Source of the DNA: Promethearchaeota archaeon
GTDB taxonomy: Archaea; Asgardarchaeota; Lokiarchaeia; Sigyniarchaeales; SOKP01
Length of the DNA stretch: 47,854 bases
Direction of reading: 5' to 3'
Assembly (NCBI GenBank): GCA_013375475.1
Contig: JABXKD010000019.1
Coordinates: forward strand, 1-47,854
A program made the position numbers and the translations under genes. Below are positions 8,438 through 17,267 of the stretch, piece by piece. The notes beneath the pieces were generated by a model. The model was given only the letters and a program-made list of their open reading frames with translations, was not told the origin of the DNA and searched no databases. The stretch's first letter is position 1. The number at the start of each line of letters is the position of its first letter.

Positions 8438-9336
8438 CTTTAGGAAAAAGTATTACTATTATAGGTGGTTCTGGTGGTATGGGTAAAGTTTTTGGAAAAT
8501 TTTTTCAAGAACATGAGTTTGTCGTAACTTTTCACGCTCGAGATGAACAAAAGTTAAGAAAAGCTGCAACAGAACTGAATGTTAAGTTCGAAATTTCACT
8601 TGAAAAGAGTGTGAGAAATGCTGATATCGTCATGATATCAATTCCAATAACCTCCACACCTGATATGATTAGAAGAATAGGACCGTTTTTGAAGGAGAAT
8701 GCGCTAGTTTTTGATGTGACATCTTTAAAATTTGCTGTTTTTAATGCTTTAACTGAAATTAAGAATCAATTTCCAGTTAATTGTATTTCGTTACATCCCA
8801 TGTTTGGTCCAGGAATCTCTGTTATGAAAAATTATGTAATGATGGTAGTAAAGGTAGGAGGGACCGATAAATACGAAAAGATTATAGCAGAACTATTAGA
8901 ATTATTTAGATCTGATGGATTAATTGTTACCGAAACATTACCTGATACTCATGATAAAAGAGTAGCTCTTACTCTAGGCGTCCCCCATATGTTTAATATT
9001 CTTTTTTTAAATCTTCTTAAAAGAACTAATGAACCGTTAAATGAATTAACCAGATTTACTGGTACAACATTTCTACTCCAAAAAGTTTTTGCTGAGAGTA
9101 TTGTCCAAAGAGAAATGGAAATGTTTGGTGAGATTCAAATGGAAAATCAAGAGTTCCTTAAAATTTTAGAAATCTTTGAAAATCTACTCCATAAATATAA
9201 AAAAATAATCGAGGAAAAAAATGTCAATGGTTTTAATGAATTATTCACCCAAGGATTAAATTATTCAAAAGAAGATGACCATTTTAAAAATTCTTATAAT
9301 TATTTTTATGAATTTATGAAGGTATTAAAAAGCTAA
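8434..9336 (+). CDS. tyrA: Prephenate/arogenate dehydrogenase
   Basis: GGSGGMG Rossmann motif, DVTSLK, HPMFGP, HD...H; 4-bp overlap with aroE. Confidence 0.9.
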   Translation: MTLGKSITIIGGSGGMGKVFGKFFQEHEFVVTFHARDEQKLRKAATELNVKFEISLEKSVRNADIVMISIPITSTPDMIRRIGPFLKENALVFDVTSLKFAVFNALTEIKNQFPVNCISLHPMFGPGISVMKNYVMMVVKVGGTDKYEKIIAELLELFRSDGLIVTETLPDTHDKRVALTLGVPHMFNILFLNLLKRTNEPLNELTRFTGTTFLLQKVFAESIVQREMEMFGEIQMENQEFLKILEIFENLLHKYKKIIEEKNVNGFNELFTQGLNYSKEDDHFKNSYNYFYEFMKVLKS

Positions 9337-9404
9337 AGCGAAGAATAAATTTTTATCCATTAATTTTCGTGAGCTTATTAATATTTCATTCGGATTATAA
9401 ATAT

Positions 9405-9649
9405 ATGAATCTTAATTAGAGGGTTCAACAACGGAAAATTTAACATCCTTTCAAGTATATAGCACCGGAAATTTTGGAATTCTTAATATCCTGGTTGATA
9501 AGATATGGGTAAAGGATAAAAGAATTTATTTTAGGGTACAGGAGATAATATCTGCTGAAAAAAAATATTTAAGAAAAGAGAAACTCCCCAAAATTTATTC
9601 TATCCACGAGAATGATTTATTTAGCATAAGATGTAGGTTATATTTTTAA
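9405..9649 (+). pseudogene. Small (about 81-aa) gene with an apparent 1-nt deletion right after the start, or a sequencing error
   Basis: 77 stop-free codons at 9416-9646 (LEGSTTENL...RCRLYF, TAA at 9647-9649). An out-of-frame ATG lies at 9405; adding one base gives MNL[K/N]LEGSTT. Confidence 0.55.
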
Positions 9650-9668
9650 ATTTTAAAGATCCAATGAA

Positions 9669-10064
9669 TTATACTTTTGTACCACAATGGGCACAAAACA
9701 TTGCGTCTTTATTTAATAAAGCTTCTCCACAAAATGAACAGAAGTTTTGCTGTGGTGTTTTATTCTCTTCAAAATGATCACCAGCATTGCTATCGCTTTT
9801 ATACATTAATTGCGTGTTATTTTGAATTTGATTTGAAGTTTGGACATTTCTGGTTGAACTTAGAGTAATTTGTGAGCGACAATGAATACAACGACTAGGA
9901 GCTTTTTTAAAATATACGATCCCATATACGATAAGACCAATTCCTCCCGTGAATATTATTAAAATAATTATTAGCGCCCAGTTTACAGCTTCTCTTACTA
10001 ATAATACATTTTGTTTGCAGAACGGACAATATCCTACTGTGTTATTTGTAGACATGTTCATCAT
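9669..10064 (-). CDS. Membrane-associated zinc-ribbon protein (LITAF-like N-terminal domain plus C-terminal zinc ribbon)
   Basis: CPFC - hydrophobic hairpin - CIHC, then a Q/N-rich linker, then CSFC...CAHC. Confidence 0.75.
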   Translation of the reverse strand: MMNMSTNNTVGYCPFCKQNVLLVREAVNWALIIILIIFTGGIGLIVYGIVYFKKAPSRCIHCRSQITLSSTRNVQTSNQIQNNTQLMYKSDSNAGDHFEENKTPQQNFCSFCGEALLNKDAMFCAHCGTKV

Positions 10065-10210
10065 TAATTTATATGATTAACAACTTAGAAATAATTTATC
10101 TCCTTTAAAATATTTATTAAATATTATACAAATGGATACTAACACTTTAATCATAAAATAAGAAAATTACTTATTAATTAAGAATAAATAATAATTAAAG
10201 TGAGAAAATC

Positions 10211-10828
10211 ATGCAACAATCAATTTTTATCGTTCTAGATGGGATCGATGGTTCAGGTACATCAACTCATAGTAAACTACTAGCAGGTTTTTTAAGCTTG
10301 AAAGGTTTAAAAACATATTCAACTCAGGAACCGTCAAATAGCGATATTGGAAAATTATTAAGAACTTACCTTAAGAATGATAAAATTCCTGCTTCTACAG
10401 ATGCTCTATTATTTGCAGCAGATAGAGTTCTTCATTACAATAATGATATAAAAGAAAAATTAGAGAAAGGATATACCGTAATTTCTGATCGGTATTTAGA
10501 GTCCTCAATTGCATACCAATCAAGCCAATCTGAAAATATCAGTGTTGAATGGGTGCTGGATTTAAATAAATTTGCGGGTAAACCCGATCTAACAATAATC
10601 TTAGATATCGATCCTAAAATGTCATTAGCTAGAAAACAACATAAAGTTTTAGATAAGTACGAAGAAACTACATTATTAGATAAAGTAAGACAAGTATATC
10701 TTAATCGAGCTAAAGACGAGGGATATTTTGTAATATATACAGACGATATAATAGAAATAGTCCAATCAAGGATTCAAAATATCGTTATAGAAAAATTAGT
10801 TCAAAAAGGAATTCAATTTAAAAAATAA
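10211..10828 (+). CDS. tmk: Thymidylate kinase
   Basis: DGIDGSGTST, QEP, LLFAADR, SDRY, SSIAYQ, PDLTIILD motifs. Confidence 0.95.
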   Translation: MQQSIFIVLDGIDGSGTSTHSKLLAGFLSLKGLKTYSTQEPSNSDIGKLLRTYLKNDKIPASTDALLFAADRVLHYNNDIKEKLEKGYTVISDRYLESSIAYQSSQSENISVEWVLDLNKFAGKPDLTIILDIDPKMSLARKQHKVLDKYEETTLLDKVRQVYLNRAKDEGYFVIYTDDIIEIVQSRIQNIVIEKLVQKGIQFKK

Positions 10829-10853
10829 ATCATTTAAAACGAGGTAAAACAAA

Positions 10854-12128
10854 ATATCTCGAAATAAGACTTTAAACAACACTCATTTTAACAAGGATAA
10901 ATTATCAAAATATGTTAACACTTTTAGTTTTCCACGATTGGCAGGAAGTGAAGGTGAAAACAAAGCAGTTAACTTAACATATAACATGTTTAAAGAGATT
11001 GGATTCAAGAAAAACCAAATAGTGAAGCAACCTTTTACTTTTTCAGATTTTTATTCTATGACTTTAATGAAATTGCTACTGACATTAAATCTAGTCTTAG
11101 TCTTGAATCTCTTAGTATTCTCATATATTCATGGTGCTATAACTATGGTGTTAGTAATTTTTATAACTATGGTGGTATATTTAATAATTAAGGGTGTAAA
11201 ACATCCAGAAATTTCAGGTTTTTGGGGCGAATATTTTGGGGAAACTCTAAACTCGACTAATGTGTTTACTAAAATTCCCGCTAAAAAGATAACCGAGAAG
11301 GATGCTGGAAATATAATAGTATCTGCTCATTTAGATTCTAAATCGCAATCTTACAATACTTTCTGGAGAGTAGTATTGTATAAAATTACATTTTATAGCG
11401 GAATAATGTTAATAGCGGTTTATATTTTTTATTTTATCATCCTTTTTGGAAATTTGGATGTTTCCTTTTTTATTACAATTTATGGCGGTTGGATATCAAT
11501 CGTTTTAGTCTCGTTTTCAAATATATGTTTACTCTTCCTAAATACCCATAATAAATCTCCTGGAGCATTAGATAACGCTTCAGGAATGGCTATAGTTTTT
11601 GAATTAAGTTCTTTCTTTATTGAAAATCCTTTAAAATATTTGAACATTTGGTTTTGTCAATTTTCTGCGGAAGAATTGGGAACTATGGGCGCACGGGTAT
11701 TTTTAGATGAGTATGAAAATCTATTTGATAAAGGAAAAGTATTTCAAATTAACTTTGATATGGTTTCTTGTAAGTCTCATAAAAATAATCGAATTGAGTA
11801 TATTCAGTCTTATGGAATTGGTATGCACAAAATTTACTCTCCAATTTTAAACAAATATATTTTACTCGCGGCTAAAGGTAAACATATAAATGTCAAAAAG
11901 ATACATGCAAGCACAGGAGCACATTCAGATACGGTTCCTTTTCGTCTAAGAAAATACGATGTCGTCGATATTTTTACTGAAGCGGCATCGTTATATACTC
12001 ATACAGTCAAAGATACTCCTGATAAAGTAGATCCTAAAATTTTGTTAGACACCTGCATTTTGTTTAAAGAAACAATAAAGATGATAGATAATAATTATAA
12101 AATTAAAAGTGAAAATCAAGAGTTTTAA
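10854..12128 (+). CDS. M28-family metallopeptidase with inserted TM hairpins; start extended upstream of the ORF-track TTG (10938)
   Basis: SAHLDSK, GALDNASG, AEELG, NFD, HSD and THT-DT-DK motifs. The in-frame upstream sequence KYVNTFSFPRLAG matches paralog ENLETFSFPRLSG. Start position is uncertain (ATA at 10854 after GAGGT). Confidence 0.85.
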   Translation: MSRNKTLNNTHFNKDKLSKYVNTFSFPRLAGSEGENKAVNLTYNMFKEIGFKKNQIVKQPFTFSDFYSMTLMKLLLTLNLVLVLNLLVFSYIHGAITMVLVIFITMVVYLIIKGVKHPEISGFWGEYFGETLNSTNVFTKIPAKKITEKDAGNIIVSAHLDSKSQSYNTFWRVVLYKITFYSGIMLIAVYIFYFIILFGNLDVSFFITIYGGWISIVLVSFSNICLLFLNTHNKSPGALDNASGMAIVFELSSFFIENPLKYLNIWFCQFSAEELGTMGARVFLDEYENLFDKGKVFQINFDMVSCKSHKNNRIEYIQSYGIGMHKIYSPILNKYILLAAKGKHINVKKIHASTGAHSDTVPFRLRKYDVVDIFTEAASLYTHTVKDTPDKVDPKILLDTCILFKETIKMIDNNYKIKSENQEF

Positions 12129-12139
12129 CGTGATATTGA

Positions 12140-13399
12140 ATGAGTTATACAATTGCAGAAAAAATTCTAAAAGCACATTCTAATGTAAAAGAAATTTCAC
12201 CCGGACAATTTGTTGAGGCAGATATTGATTTAATAATGGTACACGAACAATTAGGTGGAAGAATTCACTTAGAATATGAAAAACTCGGAATAGACTATGT
12301 CTGGGATCCTAATAAAATATTTTTTATTCTAGATCATTGGGTCCCCGCTCCAACTATTAACGCAGCACGAATGCACCAAGATTGCGTCAAATTTGCAAAA
12401 AAATATAATTTTGTTCATAATATGGGGATTAACAAAGGAATTTGTCATCAAGTTCTACCCGAATTGGGATTTTCAAGGCCAGGGATGTTAATAGTTGGTT
12501 CTGACAGTCATACTACAACATATGGCGCTTTTAATTGCTTATCAACAGGTATTGGTGCCACCGATGTTTCTGTCGTGTTTGCAACGGGAAAATTATGGTT
12601 TAAAGTTCCTGAATCTATAAAGGTTGAGTTAACTGGTAGATTGAATAAAGGAGTTATGTCTAAGGATTTCATATTAACTATGATTGGAGATATTTCAACC
12701 AAAGGTGCAATTTATAAAGCATTAGAGTTTCATGGAGCAGGTTCTTCATGGTTATCAATTGATTCTAGGATGACAATAACAAATATGGTTGTAGAAGCAG
12801 GTGCTAAATTTGGGATTTTCCTACCCGATGAAAAACTCAAATTGTGGTTAAAAAATAGAACGAATCAACCATATAAATTTGTAGAACCGGATGAAAAAGC
12901 GGAGTACGAGACAAAGTTAGATTATGACTTGTCAAAAATAACACCGGTGATAGCTAAACCATCAAATCCCGGAAATTTAGCAACAATAGAAGAAGTTCAA
13001 GGTGAAGAAATAGATCAGGCATTTTTAGGTAGTTGCACTAATGGAAGAATGGAAGATTTACGCATCGCAGCTAAAATTTTAAAAGGAAAAAAAATACATC
13101 CGGAAACTAGATTAATCGTTACTCCCGCATCACGAGAAATTTATATGGATGCTTTGACTGAAGGTTTAGTTGAAATATTTTTGAATGCAGGAGCTGTAGT
13201 TACACATTCAACTTGTGGAGCTTGCATAGGTGGTCATTTAGGTGTACTAGGTCCCGATGAAAGATGTATTAGTAGCACGAATCGAAATTTTATCGGAAGG
13301 ATGGGGGATCCAACAGCTGAAATTTTTTTGGCTTCTCCTGCAACCGTTGCTGCTTCAGCCTTAAAGGGAAAAATATCTGATCCTAGGGAGGTGTTATAA
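12140..13399 (+). CDS. leuC: 3-isopropylmalate dehydratase/homoaconitase family large subunit
   Basis: DH, GICHQ, DSHTTT, GSCTNGR, CGACIG and STNRNF motifs; exact substrate not determinable. Confidence 0.9.
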   Translation: MSYTIAEKILKAHSNVKEISPGQFVEADIDLIMVHEQLGGRIHLEYEKLGIDYVWDPNKIFFILDHWVPAPTINAARMHQDCVKFAKKYNFVHNMGINKGICHQVLPELGFSRPGMLIVGSDSHTTTYGAFNCLSTGIGATDVSVVFATGKLWFKVPESIKVELTGRLNKGVMSKDFILTMIGDISTKGAIYKALEFHGAGSSWLSIDSRMTITNMVVEAGAKFGIFLPDEKLKLWLKNRTNQPYKFVEPDEKAEYETKLDYDLSKITPVIAKPSNPGNLATIEEVQGEEIDQAFLGSCTNGRMEDLRIAAKILKGKKIHPETRLIVTPASREIYMDALTEGLVEIFLNAGAVVTHSTCGACIGGHLGVLGPDERCISSTNRNFIGRMGDPTAEIFLASPATVAASALKGKISDPREVL

Positions 13400-13401
13400 T
13401 A

Positions 13402-13902
13402 GTGGAAGATATTGAAGGCGAGATTTATATTTTAGGAGACGATATTAATACTGATGATATTGTACCCAGCCATACTTTAACAATGAGAGATCCTAATGAA
13501 ATGGTTAAACATACTTTGGAATTTATAGACCCTAATTTTGCTCAAAAAGTAGCTAAGAGATCAATAATTGTAGGGGGTCATAATTTTGGGACTGGAAGTT
13601 CCCGGGAAGAAGCTGTAAATGTATTTAAAATTCTCGGGATAAAAGCAATTATTGCAAAATCATTTTCAAGAATCTACTTTCGAAATCTTATTAATAATGG
13701 AGTTGCTGGAATCACATGTGATTGGGACGAGGCAACATTCTCCGATGGAGATCAGGTACAAATCTCTATTGAAAAAGGGATAATTTTCAATAAATCAAAA
13801 AATATTGAACTAAAATATGAAAAATTGCCTCAATTCTTGCAAGATATATTGAAATCTGGAGGAATTTTAAATCAGTTAAAAAAAAAATTGAAATCACATT
13901 AA
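13402..13902 (+). CDS. leuD: 3-isopropylmalate dehydratase/homoaconitase family small subunit
   Basis: GDDINTDDI, NFGTGSSRE, SFSRIYFRN; directly follows the large subunit. Confidence 0.9.
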   Translation: MEDIEGEIYILGDDINTDDIVPSHTLTMRDPNEMVKHTLEFIDPNFAQKVAKRSIIVGGHNFGTGSSREEAVNVFKILGIKAIIAKSFSRIYFRNLINNGVAGITCDWDEATFSDGDQVQISIEKGIIFNKSKNIELKYEKLPQFLQDILKSGGILNQLKKKLKSH

Positions 13903-13907
13903 CGAAG

Positions 13908-14159
13908 CTACCCTTTCTCAAATATTATTTCTGTAGCGCCTGATGGATAACGAAATTTAATGGCACCAGCATCACAAACTTGATAACACGCAGCGCATTC
14001 TAAACATCTCTATTTATAGTCTTCTGAAATAGAAATTTCATTGCCAATCTTACGCCATAAATTAGCTACACAAACCAATATGCATTGCTCGCATCTATTA
14101 CATTTATTTTGATCAATTAATATAAAATCTAAAGTACCAGGTTAATCAAGACAATTAAT
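13908..14159 (-). pseudogene. Disrupted FixX-like 4Fe-4S dicluster ferredoxin
   Basis: Manual translation: INCLD*PGTLDFILIDQNKCNRCEQCILVCVANLW...EDYK*RCLECAACYQVCDAGAIKFRYPSGATEIIFEKG*. In-frame TAA at 14142-14144 and TAG at 14010-14012; no usable start codon. Confidence 0.8.
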
Positions 14160-14167
14160 TCTGTGTT

Positions 14168-14701
14168 TTACCCTAAATCTTCAATTTCTTTCTGGATTTT
14201 TTCAATTCGTTCCTTAGCTTTAGTGAGTATCGGAGTTTTACCGTATTTACTAAACCATTTCTCAAATCTCTGCTCGATTGAGACTTCTTTAGTTCCAGCT
14301 ATATATTTATCCGCAAGACAGATTATTTTTTCTTCAAGGGTCAGGGGTAGAAAATCTCTCTCAGGTAACCCAACCTGCTTAGCATCTTCTTTATCTAACC
14401 CCCCTAAAATATGGGTTTCGCAAATTCTGGCAAGTCGTTCTCCTAAACCTTTTTCTCTGATAATTTTAGCCCCAATTAATGCATGTTTAAATCCGTGAGT
14501 TTTGCATCTGCCAATATCGTGTAGCAATCCACCAATTTCAATTAAATTCATGTCAATCTCTTTCAACTTTATTTTTTCTGCTAAATCTATCGCCTTATCG
14601 GCAACTTTTAGAGAATGACGCCTTACATTATAAGGAACTTTTAATTCTTTCAATAAATCAAAAGCAAAATCGCTACTATGTAGAATTTCTTCTCTTGCCA
14701 T
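14168..14701 (-). CDS. HDIG-domain metal-dependent phosphohydrolase (archaeal type)
   Basis: RRHS, GGLLHDIGR, HA, ETH, LEEKIICLADK motifs. Confidence 0.9.
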   Translation of the reverse strand: MAREEILHSSDFAFDLLKELKVPYNVRRHSLKVADKAIDLAEKIKLKEIDMNLIEIGGLLHDIGRCKTHGFKHALIGAKIIREKGLGERLARICETHILGGLDKEDAKQVGLPERDFLPLTLEEKIICLADKYIAGTKEVSIEQRFEKWFSKYGKTPILTKAKERIEKIQKEIEDLG

Positions 14702-14796
14702 TACGTTTTAGAAATTAATTATTAACTTTAAGGTTTAGTTATTCAGTTCAACAACATTTTTTACCCAAATAATAATTTAATTTATAAATAGGTAAA

Positions 14797-15285
14797 TCAA
14801 TAGACTTCTTCATATGGACCACTGATAATTCCACCGAGTAAACCGCCAATAATAGCTCCGAGGATCGCACTTAAAATTCCTCCGATTGTTCCAGAAAGTT
14901 GAGCTCCTTGGAATAAAGCCATTAGATCTTCGCCAGAAATAACGCTTAGCAACATCCAGATTAAAAAATCAATTATTATTACAAGAGAACTTGCGATAAG
15001 ACCTCTTTTTAGTCCTTTAGAAATAGTGCCACTCAAAAAGCCGATAAATATGCTAGCGAGAAGCTGTGGGGCAAAAAAATCGACTATGTTCGGAGTACCC
15101 GTGAAAAAAGCTAAAAGATCAAATTTAAAATTAGCACCTATTTGTATAATTATGACCTTTAAAAAATCAGTTTGTAGATAAATTTGTAATTGGAAAATAA
15201 TATTCTCCATATTGAAAAAATATACAGTAAAAAAGCTAAAGATAATTCCAACTATAATACCAATTACTAATCGATAGGATACCAT
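14797..15285 (-). CDS. Gly-rich multi-pass membrane protein
   Basis: Hydrophobic segments and repeated GxxxG at the C-terminus. Confidence 0.75.
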   Translation of the reverse strand: MVSYRLVIGIIVGIIFSFFTVYFFNMENIIFQLQIYLQTDFLKVIIIQIGANFKFDLLAFFTGTPNIVDFFAPQLLASIFIGFLSGTISKGLKRGLIASSLVIIIDFLIWMLLSVISGEDLMALFQGAQLSGTIGGILSAILGAIIGGLLGGIISGPYEEVY

Positions 15286-15491
15286 TTTAAACCACTCGCT
15301 TGAAATTAGCTATTTGTATGAAATATCTTATATGAGTTTATAAATATTTAAAATTTAATTGACATATTAAATCTTTAGTTCTACGAGATTTAGAAGAATT
15401 CTTTTAATAAAATATTAAAATTATGTCGTTTTTTATCATTTATCAAGAGTATTATTTTATTTACTAAATCTTTAATTATTGGGTATCTATC

Positions 15492-16319
15492 TTGGCTAAA
15501 AAAAAGAAAAAAACCGAAACTACTAAGGATTCTGAGAAGGAAGAAGAAACTATTTCCGAAGAAGAATTAAGGAGAGATTTTGAGAAAGAATTCGAAGAAG
15601 ATTTTGAAGATGAGTTAGATTTAGAAGAAGAACTTGAGTTACTCGATACCGAAGATATGGACACTGAAGTTGGAGATATCGATAAATTAGTCGACAAAGA
15701 CGAAGAAAAAAAGCAAATGTATCTAAGTTGTGGTATCCATATAGGAACCAAATTGTTATCTGGAGATGCTAGAAGATTTATTTATAGGCAGACAAATTAC
15801 GGATTATATGTTATTGATTTAACTCAAACTGATAAACGACTTATGACTGCTGCAAAATTTCTAAGTAAATACGTAGAAGAAGGGAGCGATAAGGTAATAG
15901 TATCATCAGTTAGAAGATACGGTAAAGAACCAGTAAAACAATTTTGTAAAGTATTAGGATGTAGAGCAATTACCGAACGATTTATTCCAGGGTCTCTTAC
16001 CAATCCTATAATAGATGATTACATTAAAGATGCTTCTGTAGTAGTTATCGTTGATCCTCACGCAGATAAAGTAATTTTAAGAGAAGCAAAATTAGCCCGG
16101 ATTCCCGTAGTGTCTCTATTTGATACTGACGATATCCTGGATGGCATCGACCTCGCGATACCCGCAAACAATAGAGGTAAAAAAGCATTAGGATTAGCTT
16201 TCTGGTTACTCGCAAGACAAATTTTGCTAGAATTAGGTAAAATTTCAAGCGAAGACGATTTTCCATACACATTGGATGAATTTACCTCTAATATCGTTCC
16301 GGTTTATCGTCAAGAGTAA
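15492..16319 (+). CDS. rps2: 30S ribosomal protein S2 (uS2) with a long acidic N-terminal extension
   Basis: GIHIGT, GLYVIDL, RFIPGSLTNP, DP, DTD and IPANNRG motifs of archaeal/eukaryotic uS2. Confidence 0.96.
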   Translation: MAKKKKKTETTKDSEKEEETISEEELRRDFEKEFEEDFEDELDLEEELELLDTEDMDTEVGDIDKLVDKDEEKKQMYLSCGIHIGTKLLSGDARRFIYRQTNYGLYVIDLTQTDKRLMTAAKFLSKYVEEGSDKVIVSSVRRYGKEPVKQFCKVLGCRAITERFIPGSLTNPIIDDYIKDASVVVIVDPHADKVILREAKLARIPVVSLFDTDDILDGIDLAIPANNRGKKALGLAFWLLARQILLELGKISSEDDFPYTLDEFTSNIVPVYRQE

Positions 16320-16489
16320 TTCGTTACACTTTTTTTCTCCTTAATTAATTAAATAAAACTTATTTAGTCCTTTTTCTTCTGTTTTTCAAGAGAAATCATC
16401 ATTTTGTTTTTATCCTATGCATATCACATTTTTAATCAATCTAAGATTTGCATAAATTAGAAACGTATTAAATTAAATGTGAAGGAATA

Positions 16490-17266
16490 ATGAAAAAAAT
16501 AATAGCTTTTGCTGGAAAAGGAGGAGTTGGTAAAACTACAAGCTTAGTTCTTTTTTTAAAATATATCCTTGATAAGAAAAAAGCCCAAGATATCCTTGTT
16601 ATTGATTCAGACCCGGATGCGAACGTTGCTGATGTAATTGGGGAAGAGGTTAAATTTTGTGACACTATAGGGGGAAAAATGAAAGTTTTGAAAGATAAAA
16701 TTCAAAGTCTGAAAATGTCGCCTAACACGCCCAAAAGTCAGTTGATTGAATCGGATGTGTATAATTGCTTAATAGAAATGGACGATTTCGACCTTTTAGA
16801 GATGGGAAGGCAAGAGGGAGAAGGTTGCTATTGTTTTATTAATGATGTCCTCAAGAAAGTAATTGATACTCTTTCTAAGAACTATGACTTAACGTTATTA
16901 GATTCTCCTGCTGGTTTGGAGCATTTTGCTCGTAAAACTGGTCGTGATGTCACTGACCTTGTAATTGTATCCGACGCTTCAAAAATGGGTATTCACACTA
17001 TGAAACGAATTTTAGAAATAATAGACGAGTTAACACTGAAGTTCGAGCGTATCTGGATATTAGGTAATCGTTTTCCCGAGAATTTAAAGGAAATTTTAAA
17101 AAATGAAGTTGAAAATCTGAAAAATGATAGGGTTAAACTACTAGGATTCATTTCTAACAACGAGGAGATAAGCAAGATCAATATAACCGGGGGAAATTTA
17201 ATTGACTTACCTGAAGGAAATTTGTCCTATCAAGAAGCAAAAGAGATTTTTGCAAAAATAATATAA
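16490..17266 (+). CDS. cooC: CooC/AcsF-like nickel-insertion ATPase
   Basis: GKGGVGKTT, DSDPDAN, EGEGCYC (CxC) and AGLEHFAR motifs. Confidence 0.85.
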   Translation: MKKIIAFAGKGGVGKTTSLVLFLKYILDKKKAQDILVIDSDPDANVADVIGEEVKFCDTIGGKMKVLKDKIQSLKMSPNTPKSQLIESDVYNCLIEMDDFDLLEMGRQEGEGCYCFINDVLKKVIDTLSKNYDLTLLDSPAGLEHFARKTGRDVTDLVIVSDASKMGIHTMKRILEIIDELTLKFERIWILGNRFPENLKEILKNEVENLKNDRVKLLGFISNNEEISKINITGGNLIDLPEGNLSYQEAKEIFAKII

Positions 17267-17267
17267 G

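Noticed and set aside
14010-14012. Genome-wide amber recoding suggested by the ferredoxin TAG
   Set aside because: TAG ends several intact genes here (e.g. 17949, 21662, 37612, 40496), and the same frame also has a TAA.
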